From assembly GCA_965645245.1 (NCBI GenBank), contig OZ287067.1, forward strand, positions 62,001 through 126,000: 64,000 nt of DNA, in the 5' to 3' direction. This DNA is from Massalongia carnosa (lineage: Eukaryota). This document shows positions 34,499-46,900 of this stretch, piece after piece. Both the position numbers and the translations under genes were made by a program. Below the pieces are notes generated by a model. It was not told the origin of the DNA. It worked only from the letters and a program-made list of their open reading frames with translations, and did no database searches. How positions within the stretch are numbered: the stretch's first letter is position 1; every line of letters begins with the position of its first letter.

Positions 34499-35526
34499 TG
34501 TAATACGGATGGCGCTAGAGGGATACGTGATCGCCTATGGCGGTTGCGGGATTAACTAGCGTGGACCATGCCGTAGTACGAAGTCGCATAAGCCGTCGAG
34601 GCTGACACACTGCCATCTTGCCCCGAAACTTCGGAGTTATTGTTATCACGTTCTTGACTACTTACAGATCAAACACCTGTCGAGGCCGTGGTGGTAGATT
34701 GCCATGGAGTGTAAGGCGGACTCCTGTGGAGACGCCGAGGAACTCTATATGGAATCTACTGGCCTACTCGGAGCTACTGGATCTCTTGATGGTTCAAGAG
34801 AGGTAGCAGGAGGCACGGCTCGCTGGACGCAGCTTGAGCTGGGCTCCCCGGTGTAAACTTCAGCTTCAACCTTTATTACTACGTTGGTAGTGCTGTCGGC
34901 TGAATGAACCTACATGACCTCGTTGTCTAGACCTTGTGTCTAGAGGCAGGTCCGCAGTGTAGCGAGGTATTCAGTCGGAGGTAACCTTCCATCACTAGGT
35001 AGTGGTGACGGCGAAATGAAGCTACATAGCCTGAGGCATGTAGTGAGGGATCTAGCCGGGGGTAGAATTGTTCTACCTTGCAAGGGAAGATCTAGAAGGC
35101 TGCTCGAGGCTGACTAGATGATCCAGCGAACGCCGAGTTCGTGGATGGATCCTGAGGGATGGTTGGATGTAATGCGATAAAGTCGGATGTGGATTGCAAG
35201 GCTGTAATGCTCGCAAGACTCCCAAGGCTTGCAAGGCTCCTAAGGTTCCAAGGCTCCCAAGGCTATAGGCTTGGGGTGAGTAGGATAAATATCAGAACGA
35301 ATCTTGTAGTATTCGTTAGCAATTAGTCTTTATTCTATGAACAACCTACGTTTGGGTCTCGGACGAGATCTCTTGGTCTAAGCAATTCCACTACCTTTAG
35401 CTTTGGATCACATATACTCTCGGAGACTAGCACGTAGTAGCTATCTTCCTCCTCTCACGCTGAGCATTTCCCCTTTCGAGATCAGTGTCGCTCGTGATAA
35501 GCTTACTGGTCTCGTAGCCCATTACA
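34499..35526 (-). mobile_element. ~1.03-kb solo LTR (family X, copy 2) inside the Gypsy B 3' LTR
   Basis: Reverse complement of 2129-3158; perfect TSD CCCGC. Confidence 0.92.
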
Positions 35527-36046
35527 CCCGCTTAGTTAGCTTAGCCCTTATTCCTTCTATGCCCTGACAATTGCCTCCTCTCCTATAGTGCTGGTCCTCC
35601 AGCACGTACAGTACTCGAACGCGGAAGGGTGTGTGTAGGGACGTGATAGAAGATGTCGCGTAGATAGCAAGTTTGTTGTGTAGAAAGCGCGAATACCTGG
35701 CGCTTGACGTAGGTAGATGTAAATATCACTAGCTTCTCGGTAATGCTGGGTCGCCGATGCCGCTCCGAGCGCTAGAAGTAGCGGAGAAGGGGACGATGGC
35801 GATTATCAGCAGAGATCCGAGCTCGGTAACGCTAGCGTTGGTGGTTTGTTGATTTAGGTGAAGACGGTGAGGAGTACGAGATTGTTGTCTCCGAAACCTC
35901 CTCCAGCGAGAGTCTCAAGGAAGAAAAGGGTGATGAGGAGTCGGACGAGGAAGTAGAAGATACTGATGGTGATGATGAGGTGCCGGACGAGAAAGCAGAA
36001 GGTTCCGATGGTGATGAGATGGCGAATAAGAAGGGTTTCGCTGGAT

Positions 36047-39000
36047 TCAGCGAGTAACCTGTAGTTTCTTGATTCGCCTGCGCTTTGCTTTCGGCTTTGC
36101 ATCGAAATCCTGCTTCAGTTCTAAGGCTCCATCCAGATCTTTCTCTGGTACCCACTCATCATATTCTTCAGGGTATCCTACCCATTTTACCTTATAGAAT
36201 ATTTCCCCTTTCTCAGACCTTCTACCTATAATTTCTTCCACTTCCCATTCCTGTTCATCGTTAATAATTTCAGGTGGGGGTAGAAACGGTATATGCTCTT
36301 GACCATCTCTTCGCTTGTAAGGTTCTAGGTAAGAGACATGAAAGACCGGGTGAATTCTATAAGTCGTAGGAAGAGCAAGACGATACGCCTGCTTGCCGAC
36401 TGCTTCTAGAATGCGAAAAGGACCTAAAAACTTATGTGAAAGTTTCTTACTAGGCCTTTTTTGTTTTAGATTCTTGGCAGATAACATTACCAAGTCCCCT
36501 TCATTGAAATCTTTCTCAAGATGTTTCCTGTTGTAGTACTTGGCCTGCGCTTCGGATACGCTTTTCCAGCGTGCCTCTAAAGAATATCTGAACTCGTGTA
36601 ATTGCTTTACTCGTTCTTTCGCAGCGGGCACCCTCTCCACAGCGATGTCGTCCCCGACTTCGTAGCGAATCTCCGGGTTATAGCCGTACATACAATAAAA
36701 GGGGCTGCACCCAAGCGTACTTTGATAACTGACTTGGTAGAAAAATTGTGCTAGGGGCAATAGTGCCACCCAGTTGGATTGATTGTCAGTGCAGTAAACT
36801 CTCAAATAGTGTTCAAGGGTCTGGTTTTGTCGTTCGGTTTGGCCATCAGTTTGTGGGTGAAAGGCCGTGCTAAGCCGGCGTTTCGTCTTTAAATGAAAAC
36901 AAATTTCTGACCAGTACTCACTGGTAAAGACCGACCCTCTATCCGATACTATGCCCTCAGGAGCGCCGAACTGTAATACTACCGATTCAAACAGAATTTC
37001 TGCCAGGTCCAATGCATTGATTTTTTTCGTAACCGGGATGTATAGCGCCATTTTGGTATATCTATCCACAATTACTAGGCACGAGTCATAAACCCGGCCG
37101 AAACGCTTGCTAGGTGGAAACCCAGTTATGAAATCCATAGTGATTTCTTTCCAAGGACCGGAAGGACGTGGAAGCGATTGCATAACCCCGTAAGGTCGGT
37201 GCCTAGGCGCCTTCGTCCTTTGACAAATGTCGCAGGATTCCGTGTACTTCTTCACAGTCTTGTTAAGTCCTTTCCAATAGTATTTGCGGGTAAGCAACTC
37301 AGCTGTTTTCTCCGCACCAAAATGACCCGCGAGCTCGTCGTCATGATGACGCCGCAACAGCTCCGCACGAATAGATTCTTCATCGGGCACGTAAATTCTG
37401 CCACGATGATTGAGAAGATCATTGCTATCTATAGTCCAAATTGCTTCGGGGGAGCGACCACCCTTGCGCTTCAAAGACTTAGCAACGGTCTCTCGCCTGC
37501 TAGACACGAATGCGTCTTTCCCCTGTAGCGCCTTGATGAGTTCAAGCACTGACTTGGAAGCACTTTCCAAAGGCTTTTCTTCATCTGATAAGGCAATAGC
37601 TACAGCCCGGGGAATACATTGCGTCAAGCCGACTTCAAAAGTATCACTCTCTTCGTCAAGAGAAGTAATTGATTTAGAGGTTTCACCCTCTAAATTCTCC
37701 AGGGGTTCAATCCCGGACGAAGCTATCTTTGAGCGAAGATCATACCTAAGTGCGGCAAGCACCGTACGAATTCCCGGCGTATAACCTACGCATAAGGAAT
37801 CTATTTTGCTCAGCTTCTTTTGAAGAGTAGGCAACAATCTCGTCACCTCGGTGTTGATGCTCTGATAATCAGGGCGCCTAGACGGTGCATCGGCAGGATT
37901 GGTCTTTCCCGAGCGATGCATGATTACGAAATCATAAGCGGCTAATTTCATAGCCCATCGCGCTTGCCGACCACTCAACACCTTAATATTCATAAAACCC
38001 CTCAAATTGTTGTGGTCTGGCAGGACCTCAACGGGGTGCAGGCTACCCTCCAGGTAATGCCTCCAGTGTTTAAAACACATCACAATGGCCAGCAACTCTT
38101 GATCATGGGTTTCATAGTTGCGCTCGGCCGGTATCATCTTCCGCGAGTAGAAAGCGACGGGATGCCATTGCCCATCCTTCTGCAACTGGGAGATAATGCC
38201 AGAGATTCCGAAATCCGATGCATCGGTCTCTAGGCGAATGAGCAGTTCTGGATCGAAGTGAACCAAGATGGGCGCGCCCTGAAAGGCTTCTTTCAGCTTG
38301 CTAAACGCTTCCGCTCCTTCGGCCGTAAGATAAAAAGTACCCCTTTTTATCCCAGCCTGCATGCCTTTCAGCATGTCAGTCAATGGCCTAGTGATTTGAG
38401 AATAATGACGTATGAAACGTCGATAGAAATTGGCGAATCCTAGAAAGACCTGAATGTCTCGAAAGGACTGAAGTGCAGGCCAATCCCGCACGGTTTCAAC
38501 CCGGCGTGGATCCATGGAGATACCATCGCTGCTAATGATAAACCCTAGATATTCCACGGCCGGAGCAAAGAACTCGCACTTTTTAAGATTTGCATAGAGA
38601 TCGTGTTTCCTTAGACGACGTAACACCTCTTTAACATGCTCCACATGGCTGGTTCTATCTTTGGAAAATACCAATATATCGTCCAGATAGACTACGCAGA
38701 AAACATCCACGATCCCAGATAAAGCTTTATTGATGTAAGCTTGAAAAGTTGCAGGGGCGTTGGCTAATCCAAAAGGCATAACCATATACTCGTAGTGTCC
38801 GTAACGGGATCGAAATGCCGTCTTCCACTCGTCGCCCTTGCGGATTCGGAGACGATGATAAGCATCTCGCAAATCCATTTTGGTAAAATAGGAACACCCG
38901 TTTAACTGATCCAGTATCTGCGTGATAAGAGGGAGCGGATGACGATTCTTTTTGGTCACCTTATTCAATCCTCGATAGTCAACGCAGAGGCGCAGAGTAC

Positions 39001-39811
39001 CGTCCTTCTTAGGCACAAATAGTATTGGTGCACCTGCAGAACTGGTGGAGTGCCGGATCCAACCCTTCGCCAGGGCGTCGTCAAGATATTCCCGAAGAGT
39101 CTTAAGCTCCGTATTCGATAAGTTGTATAAAGGACCATAAGGTGGATCACCGCCTTCTAAATCGATAGCGTGGTCACAGTCCTTGTGCGTAGCTAATTGA
39201 TTGGCTCTGTCCTTAGAAAAAACATCCTGGAATTCAGCAAATTCCACAGGTATCCCCTGCGTTTCGTTGGTGTTCCGGCTGTTGTTCTCATCAACAGCGC
39301 CAACATTAACAGGTTGTCTTTCGGAAGAAGGTGCATTGGGTTGAGCCACTATAGCATAGAGTGGTGCCCCGGAATCCAGGGTCTTCGCAAACTGTTTAGG
39401 CTTGCACAACTCGAACATATCAGACTGAAAGCCATAACGCCAGCGCTTCGCTCCATAATCGATTACGATACCCAGCTGTTTGAGACCAGGGAGACCCAAC
39501 ACCAAGTCAGGGCCCTGTTTGTCAATTGCGTAAAACACGCTGGTAAAGGTGCGCTGTCGCTGCCAAGTATCCTCGAGAGCCATTACTACCTCATAAGCTC
39601 CATAGCAGTAAACCTCTTTACCATCCATGAATTGAGGAGCAGGTAGTTCGCTTTCAATAGGTCTAAGATCTGAAGCGACGGCGAATCCCTGATTAATCAC
39701 ATTAATCTCGGCTGCTCCATCAAGCAACACTGTCGCCGGGTATTTTTGGACTCCCCTCGTTATAGTCCCCTCAGGAATTAGGCTTGGCTCGCTTTCTACT
39801 GATCGTTTCCC
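36047..39811 (-). CDS. Gypsy B pol (PR, RT, RNaseH, IN, chromodomain), reached by a -1 frameshift
   Basis: [45 protein letters not shown]; frame open up to the GGGAAAC slippery site. Confidence 0.93.
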   Translation of the reverse strand, partial: GKRSVESEPSLIPEGTITRGVQKYPATVLLDGAAEINVINQGFAVASDLRPIESELPAPQFMDGKEVYCYGAYEVVMALEDTWQRQRTFTSVFYAIDKQGPDLVLGLPGLKQLGIVIDYGAKRWRYGFQSDMFELCKPKQFAKTLDSGAPLYAIVAQPNAPSSERQPVNVGAVDENNSRNTNETQGIPVEFAEFQDVFSKDRANQLATHKDCDHAIDLEGGDPPYGPLYNLSNTELKTLREYLDDALAKGWIRHSTSSAGAPILFVPKKDGTLRLCVDYRGLNKVTKKNRHPLPLITQILDQLNGCSYFTKMDLRDAYHRLRIRKGDEWKTAFRSRYGHYEYMVMPFGLANAPATFQAYINKALSGIVDVFCVVYLDDILVFSKDRTSHVEHVKEVLRRLRKHDLYANLKKCEFFAPAVEYLGFIISSDGISMDPRRVETVRDWPALQSFRDIQVFLGFANFYRRFIRHYSQITRPLTDMLKGMQAGIKRGTFYLTAEGAEAFSKLKEAFQGAPILVHFDPELLIRLETDASDFGISGIISQLQKDGQWHPVAFYSRKMIPAERNYETHDQELLAIVMCFKHWRHYLEGSLHPVEVLPDHNNLRGFMNIKVLSGRQARWAMKLAAYDFVIMHRSGKTNPADAPSRRPDYQSINTEVTRLLPTLQKKLSKIDSLCVGYTPGIRTVLAALRYDLRSKIASSGIEPLENLEGETSKSITSLDEESDTFEVGLTQCIPRAVAIALSDEEKPLESASKSVLELIKALQGKDAFVSSRRETVAKSLKRKGGRSPEAIWTIDSNDLLNHRGRIYVPDEESIRAELLRRHHDDELAGHFGAEKTAELLTRKYYWKGLNKTVKKYTESCDICQRTKAPRHRPYGVMQSLPRPSGPWKEITMDFITGFPPSKRFGRVYDSCLVIVDRYTKMALYIPVTKKINALDLAEILFESVVLQFGAPEGIVSDRGSVFTSEYWSEICFHLKTKRRLSTAFHPQTDGQTERQNQTLEHYLRVYCTDNQSNWVALLPLAQFFYQVSYQSTLGCSPFYCMYGYNPEIRYEVGDDIAVERVPAAKERVKQLHEFRYSLEARWKSVSEAQAKYYNRKHLEKDFNEGDLVMLSAKNLKQKRPSKKLSHKFLGPFRILEAVGKQAYRLALPTTYRIHPVFHVSYLEPYKRRDGQEHIPFLPPPEIINDEQEWEVEEIIGRRSEKGEIFYKVKWVGYPEEYDEWVPEKDLDGALELKQDFDAKPKAKRRRIKKLQVTR

Positions 39812-41037
39812 TCCATCGGTTGGCGAGCTTTCCGTGGAGGTTTGGCTTTTCCCGACTTTGCGACGGCGTTCACACCGTGCTTCGGCTCCTTGTCGTCTTT
39901 AGGAGGGTTGGGACACTTGTTGGCGTAGTGACCCTGTTCTCCGCAGCGATAACATGTCACCTCGTCGGTACTTTCCTTTGTCTCAGCATGCTTTCTTTTC
40001 TGACCCCTTTTACCGTCTTTCGTAGGTTTTGGTTTGTCAGTGTCCTTTATCTCCTCGTTCCTCTTATCTCTATGTGATTTAGTGCGAGGGGGGTGAGAAC
40101 CATTTGGACGCTCATGCTTCGACGTCGTTAAGACATCGTTTTCTCTTTTCTGATTGTTTTCCAGCCTACTGGCCAGAGTCACCAGAGCTTCTCTAGTCCT
40201 TGGAATATTCTGATAGTTGCCTATAGCTGCTCTAATAGACGGCCGCAACTAAGTAAACAGATGAGTCGCTCTTTGTTCTTCGGTATAGGAGGGCAACTGG
40301 TCCTCGAGGCTACTCAAGTGCGCCTCGAAAGCTCTTACCGTTTGCTTCTCTCCTTGCTTGGCTTCGGCAAATAATTGGGCCATATGCAGACCTCGATTAA
40401 CTGGGTCCTCGACAATATTTAACAAGAATTTCAAGTACTCTTCGAAGGTATAATTTTGCATTTCACCGTCTGCCTCATATCGATGCCAAGCTTCCTTAGG
40501 CTCCCCTTCCAGCGATTGCATTGCGAAAGCGATCTTGGATTCATCATCTGGGAAGTCCTCTTTTGCCACGCGAAACGCCACTCTGCAGTTCCGCTCATAA
40601 TCCAGATGTTCCTTGACCGTTTTTCCATGATAGGGACTGACTTTCTCGGGTCTAGCAGCGCGTCTCCTGTAAACAACAACAGGTACTGACTGGCTACTCG
40701 TCATCTCTACATTGTCGTCAGAACGAGGGTTAATGGCTCCTCTCATTACCGGTTCCTTGGATGATCCGGTAGGGTTTGGAGGTTTCGAAGGCTTTTGAGT
40801 TTGTTCTTGCAGTTGCTCAATACTGGCTTTCAAATTCCTTAGACGTACTTCCTTCTTAAGTTCGCTACGCCTGCGCTCAGCTTGCGCTATCTGTTCGTCC
40901 AACGTCAGGGGTTGAATGGGTTCGACTACTTTTTCCATTGGGGTCAGGGCTCCTCTTCCAGGGCCCTCAGAATCCGAAAGTTCTTCGATCCGCTCCTCCG
41001 GCATCATGGTATCAGAGGCAACTTCTTGCGCGGACAT
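39796..41037 (-). pseudogene. Gypsy B gag with CCHC knuckle and one internal TAG (40249-40251)
   Basis: ORFs 40249-41037 and 39796-40248 are in frame; CYRCGEQGHYANKC. Confidence 0.85.
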
Positions 41038-41832
41038 GGCGGGACGATAGTGTATAGAAGGTGTATAAATGTGTCAACGGATCGTCACTCCTTGAAGGAT
41101 AGAACGATTAGAATTGTAAGAGTCAGACCTGGCGATTATCAGACACCAGGCCTAGGGATATGTGACAATGTGAAGACACTAATAATTTGCTATACTAATA
41201 TACTAAAAGAAGTATGTAGGTAAAGCGGAAGACTAATCGTTGAAGATTGCATCTCCCTCGAGCAGCCTCCTTATATACCCGGACCGAAGCCCTTGACCCT
41301 CTGGGCCCTTGATACTGTAACTATCTTGACCGCCCATTACTCCTACCGGATAAGCCGGCTAAACACTCTGCTGACTGCATCGTGGACACTGTGCTGACTG
41401 TATCGTAAACACTGTGCTGACTGTATCGTGGACATTGTGCTGACTGTATCGTACCATCCGCTCACTAGTCGTACGAGCATCCTCGTATATCTCGATCGCT
41501 CGTACTATACTCTCGGCAGTAGATACCAACCGCGTAACGCAGACCAACTGCTTTCCATATGACTAAGCCTAGCCGTAGAACTAAGCCCCGCTTAGTTAGC
41601 TTAGCCCTTATTCCTTCTATGCCCTGACAAATCCCGACAACAGCACGACAATATTAAATTGAGGCTTGCTCTTCAAATCAACGGTCGGCACTTATATCAA
41701 TTATATTACGTTGACGGATCAAGTTATTGTAGTCCTTTAGGGCTCCGAACTCGAAACCCTAGTCGTCGTCCTTGCTAGCGTGCTTTTTGACAGTTCGAAA
41801 CTCGATCAAGATTGTAGCGCTATTACATCAAT

Positions 41833-42760
41833 ATGAACGACGCGATACATGCGTTGACTCTTGAGAAGATCGAGAGCGTTGTTGATCGTTATTTCGGATT
41901 TCGTCTAAAGAGGGCGCAGGTGGATGCGCTTCATCTTCTGTTGTGCGATAAGATAGATTTGATTTTGATAGCAAAAACAGGCTTCGGAAAAAGCATACTA
42001 TTTCAAGCTGCTCCATTGATGTTTTCGCCTTGCAAGTCAGTGTTGATAATCATGCCTTTGATTGCACTGGAGGAAGAGCAATGTGTGTGACGATGCGAGA
42101 TAGTGAATAGGTTTCTACCATTGCGCCACCTGTCCTTCCTGACCAGAAGGAACAATACTTTGTCCGCAGAACAAGCTCTATTCTACTATAACTGGGACTC
42201 CTGCTATGTTCGCTGTAGGTCCTGCCGTCCGCACCACGCTTGGTCGAACCGTTACAATGTGAAAAACTTACTCTTATCGACAACTTTCGACCCATAGTGT
42301 TGAACGGAGAAAATAACAACTCGTCTACCTTGACTGCTATTCGTCATAGTCGTTATACCCATGATAAGTCGAATAAATTTGTTTGTATACAAGTCAGCGC
42401 TCTAATTGTTACTTATAGTATTCACGAGTCCAGAAATAGCAACGTCGAAATTGTTTACCGAAATGGTTCTCAGTCATTCATCTTATATCTCAAATCTTTG
42501 TTTGTTGGCTATCGACGGGCAGCATCTGGTATCGGAATGGCGTGATTTTCGACCTGAATACTTCAATGGTCGAACCCGATTGCCGGATGGAATACCCTTT
42601 TTGGGAGAACGTTGGATGAAGACCTTGAACAGCGTCAGAAGTCAATGTGGGTTTCGTGATGAAACTCGACTTATCAAAACACCTCTTGATCGACCGAAGA
42701 TTTACATTCAAGTCAGTTCTTTGTTGAAATCACAAGCTGAAATGCTTGATCTTCAACAGT
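41833..42760 (+). pseudogene. RecQ-like SF2 helicase fragment (motifs I-III region), interrupted by a solo LTR and 3'-truncated
   Basis: AKTGFGKS, IIMPLIALEEEQ, FTSPE, LAIDGQH.VSEW.DFRPEY, LDRP; frame continues across TSD ATGTG. Confidence 0.8.
42086..42256. mobile_element. 171-bp solo LTR (same family as 27760-27930, inverted)
   Basis: TG...CA ends; perfect TSD ATGTG. Confidence 0.88.
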
Positions 42761-42968
42761 TCTGCTTTCGTCTTTCATCCGGTAACAAGGGTCTTCGGGA
42801 GTTCCCTCTTTTCGATGTGTTATACGTTCCGGACGGAGGCCTAAATCTCATTTCCCAAGGACAATTACAACGAGATGGATGTCCCCTGAAGATCGTACCA
42901 GAGGGAATTGAAATCGGGAACTATGGTATCACTGCTCGCCGCCAGGACAACAATCTGTATATCCTGAA

Positions 42969-43212
42969 TGTCAGATGGTAGGGGCTACCATCATGGGCAT
43001 TCATCTAGTGCTTATCTTCGGCGACTCTACCACGGGGACCGAGATGACCTCCGGGGACCGAGATTCAGTGGACCGGCTGACTCCTTATGAAAAGGGTCGC
43101 CGAAAGGTCTCCAATGTGACTGCTATATAATGAAGTAGATAGCTCACATATAATCCATACCTTCAATGACAATCATGCTATTATACCTACACGTGAATTT
43201 TACTATTCATCA
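42969..43212 (+). mobile_element. Solo LTR (family Y, copy 2, 244 bp)
   Basis: TG...CA ends; TSD CTGAA; matches 7198-7460. Confidence 0.92.
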
Positions 43213-43951
43213 CTGAACATGTGGAACGTCTCTGAAGCCGCTCTCGCTCTCGCTGCAATTAATAGCGAGGCGATAAAAATGTAGCACGCTCGTTTAGGCC
43301 ATCTTGGAAATCAAAACATTCTCAAGCTCGCTGGCATGTCAAAAGGAATGGACCTCACCAAGCCCCCGCCCCAAGACGCCTGTCCTCCGTGCGCCATCGC
43401 TCAGTCCTAAGTAGAACCACACCGGGCCCCCATCCAACCAGGCAAGCACCCGCTGGACTTAAATCACAGCGATGTCCAGGACCTTTCCCAGAAGCCTTGA
43501 ATGGCGCCAAATATTTGGTGACTTTTCTTTGCGATTTCGATAAACGGTCTCACGTCACTTTACTGCGCGTCAAAGGCAGAGTCCTTCAAGGCTTTAAAAA
43601 CTACAAGAAGCAAAACGAATATGGGGACAAACGAATTAAGCGCTTGCGATCGGACTGCGGGGGTGAGTATGACTCCAAAGACTTCGAGAATTTCATAAAC
43701 GAGCATGGCATTCAGTGGGAGCCTACCGTACCGGGAAATCCACCCATGAACGGGACAGCCGAGCGTCTTAGGTCAAACGCTTCACAAGTTAGCCAGCACT
43801 ATGCGAGAAGGCGCTAAACTTGACATCAAATATTGCGCTGAAATGGTTCTCACCGCCAACTACCTACGAAATCGACAACCAACTGCGGGACGCTCCATCA
43901 CCCCCTACGAGTCTCACACCGGCAGCCTACCAGAACTAGGACATCTAAGGA

Positions 43952-46900
43952 TGTTGAAACGCGCCTGGATAATGGGAGGCAGGTTGTCTGGGACGATAAA
44001 GGTACAAGAATAAGTGCTGAATAGCTGAATATTTATTATACCGAATAGCTACCTGATAACGACTGAATAGATAAAATACATGAGAAAGCAACGCCTTATT
44101 ATACCTAAAGAATATTACCCCTATTCGGCTTTGCTAACCGAACTTCGCAACTTTCGAATGTACGAAGCCGAAAGGATTGATAATCTGATGAGGCCATTGT
44201 CGCCATGTATGTCAAAATAGCTATAATAGCTTATTCATCTTCTCGCGGTTTATTATGCCGTAAAAGAGTGATTTGAAATCTCATCCCGCCACATTAGAAA
44301 TCGAACTCGTTAAATATTTTGCGATTACCCAATTGAGCTTAGCTAAAAATAGTTATGCGGGAATTCAAGAAAATGCGGCAACTTAGGAAATTCGCAACAC
44401 TCTCACTACTAAGTTGAATCAGCATTTTCACCCAAAAGAAAATCGAAATATAACAAAGCAATTCTTCGTGATGAATGCTTGTTGGCATGTGTTAGGCCCT
44501 CAAGCCTCAAAAATCTACCTCTTTCAGACCCAGTTTAGCCCGAAGCGGAACGAAGATATCCGGTTTGGTTGGTTTGGTCAAAATATCAGCAACCATCTCG
44601 CGTGTTGGAACGTACGAGGTTTTTACTAGACCGTCAGCGACTACTTCGCGAATATAGTGGTACTGGATGTCGATATGCTTGGTCCGACTATGGTGTTCAG
44701 GATTTTTGATGATATCGAGGGAACCCTGGTTGTCCCCAAAAAGCTGAATTGGCAAGTCGGATACGTGGCCGAAATTCAATTCTTTAATCCAACGCGTGGC
44801 CCATATAATGTTTTTGCTTGCCTGGCATAGAGCAATATATTCAGCCTCAGTGGTAGAGGAAGCAGTAGTCCTCTGCTTTTTACTTGCCCATGTAACTGAC
44901 GCATTGCCGATTAATAGTGTGTGCCCGTACGTTGATTTTCTATCAACAACATCATCCCCATAGGCCGCATCCGCATAACAAACTGGGTGCCCAGCTTTGC
45001 TGTGATCATACACAAGAGCTAGGTCAATTGTTCCTTTCAGATAGCGAAGGACCCTATCTAAGGCGATTCGATGCCGGAGCGAAGGATCCTGGCAATACTG
45101 GCTTAATTTGCAAACCGCAAAGGCTATATCCGGTCGTGTGCCTACCATGGCGTACATGAGGCTCCCGATTCGTTTCTGATACTCCAACTGGCTAGTGCGG
45201 ATTTCAGAATGATCAGAAGGAGTAAGGGCGTGTAAACCGTCGATAGGAGTAGAAACAGGATGGCAATCCTCCATGCCGAAATCACGGAGGAATTTTCTGA
45301 TGTAGGTTGATTGATCTATAGCCAATCGTTTCTTTTCTGTATCCCGTCTAATGCGAATGCCTAGTATAAAGGAGGCTTTTCCTATATCTTTCATTTTATA
45401 TTCAAGAAAAAGCTGTGCTTTTACAGCTTTGATTGATGCCATTGTTTTTGCGAAAATTAGTAAATCATCCACATATAATGCAATAATCACGTGGGTGGAT
45501 TTATTAAGGAACACACAGCTGTCTGATGTAGTAGGTGCAAACCCTATTGATTTCAGGTGTTTTTTCGCTTTTGTGTTCCATTCGCGACCTGATTGTTTCA
45601 GACCATATAAGGGTCGGAGTAGGTGTAAAACGAGATCCTCGTGCTTTTGATTATGAGGGATTTCGTAGCCCTGTGGAATTTCCATATAAATTGTTTCAGT
45701 AAGGTTGCCTTTCAAGTAGGCATCTGGCACATCCATTTGCTCTATTTCGAAACCAAAATACGCTGCAAATGCCATCAGCATCCGAAGAGATTCCAGTCTC
45801 AATGTAGGAGCAAAGTTTTCCTCGAAGTCTATCCCATAGACCTGAGTAAATCCTCTGGCAACGAGACGGGCCTTGTAGCGATCAATAAGGCCGGATACAG
45901 TATACTTCACCTTGAATACCCACTTAGAGGTGATGATATTCGAATCTTTAGAAGGTCTTTTGACTAGCTCCCAAGTGCTGTTTGCAATGAGTGCATTCAG
46001 CTGTTCCATAATAGCTATTTTCCATAGCCTATTTTCCGCGCATTTTATAGCTTCGCTATATGAGGATGGCTCGATTTTTCGTTCAAGGAGGTCAATAGCA
46101 TGCCGACCAGTTTCATTGTCATACCTGTATTTATCATATGATTTGGTCGTACAAGTACTGCGACGGGTAGGTTGGTTCTTGCTTGACTGGGTTGATGAAT
46201 CCTTTGTATTTGCATTTACATTAGCATTTCCCCTCCCTTTTGGTTTCGAAGCATCCGAAGGGTTTTGAGCAATAATATCAGGATTGTTTATTTGTTGTTC
46301 TTCAATTCTTAACTCGATATCTCTCACTGATTCATTGTTACCTTCTGAGCTTTCATCATTTTGAGATGTTTCCTGGTTCTGATTAACCGAGTTTTCAACC
46401 TCGTTATCGACATCGTCATCGCTGTCATCATTATTGTAGCTCGGTAGCATGGTTGTTGGTGTTTCTTCTAAATTTCGCAGTAAATTTCCTCCCGTCACGT
46501 GTTCCAAAAATTTCACTGAGGTATGCCACTGGATTTTCCGCGTGCTGGGATTATAAATTCGTGCTTGCTGATTCGAATGATAGCCAACGAAAATTCCTTG
46601 AAAAGATACTCGATCCAGCTTGGCCCGATTTTCACTAGGTATGTGCACATGGACCACACACCCAAAAGTTCGAATATGGCTGACGCTAGGTTTGCTGCCC
46701 TCCCACAACTCGTAAGGTGAGAGGTCATCGTGGCCGGCTGGCAGTAGGTTTCGTAAATAATTGGCTGTTTTGGCCGCCTCGGACCAAAAGTTCTGAGGTA
46801 ATTCAGACCAGACCAGCATTGCTCTGGTCATCTGAATAATAGTTCTATTGAAGCGTTCGGCCACCCCGTTTTCCTCGGGCGTGTAGGCCGTAGCATATTC

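Larger units (their letters stand above)
34022..41629 (-). mobile_element. Ty3/Gypsy chromovirus LTR retrotransposon B (Tf1/sushi-like)
   Basis: 515-bp LTRs (41115-41629; 34022-35569 containing a solo LTR); TSD AATCC; PPT AGGAGAGGAGG; 23-bp tandem repeats inside the LTR. Confidence 0.95.

Noticed and set aside
40249..40251. Programmed readthrough at the TAG inside Gypsy B gag
   Set aside because: Mid-gag position upstream of the CCHC knuckle; a point mutation (e.g. AAG>TAG) is simpler
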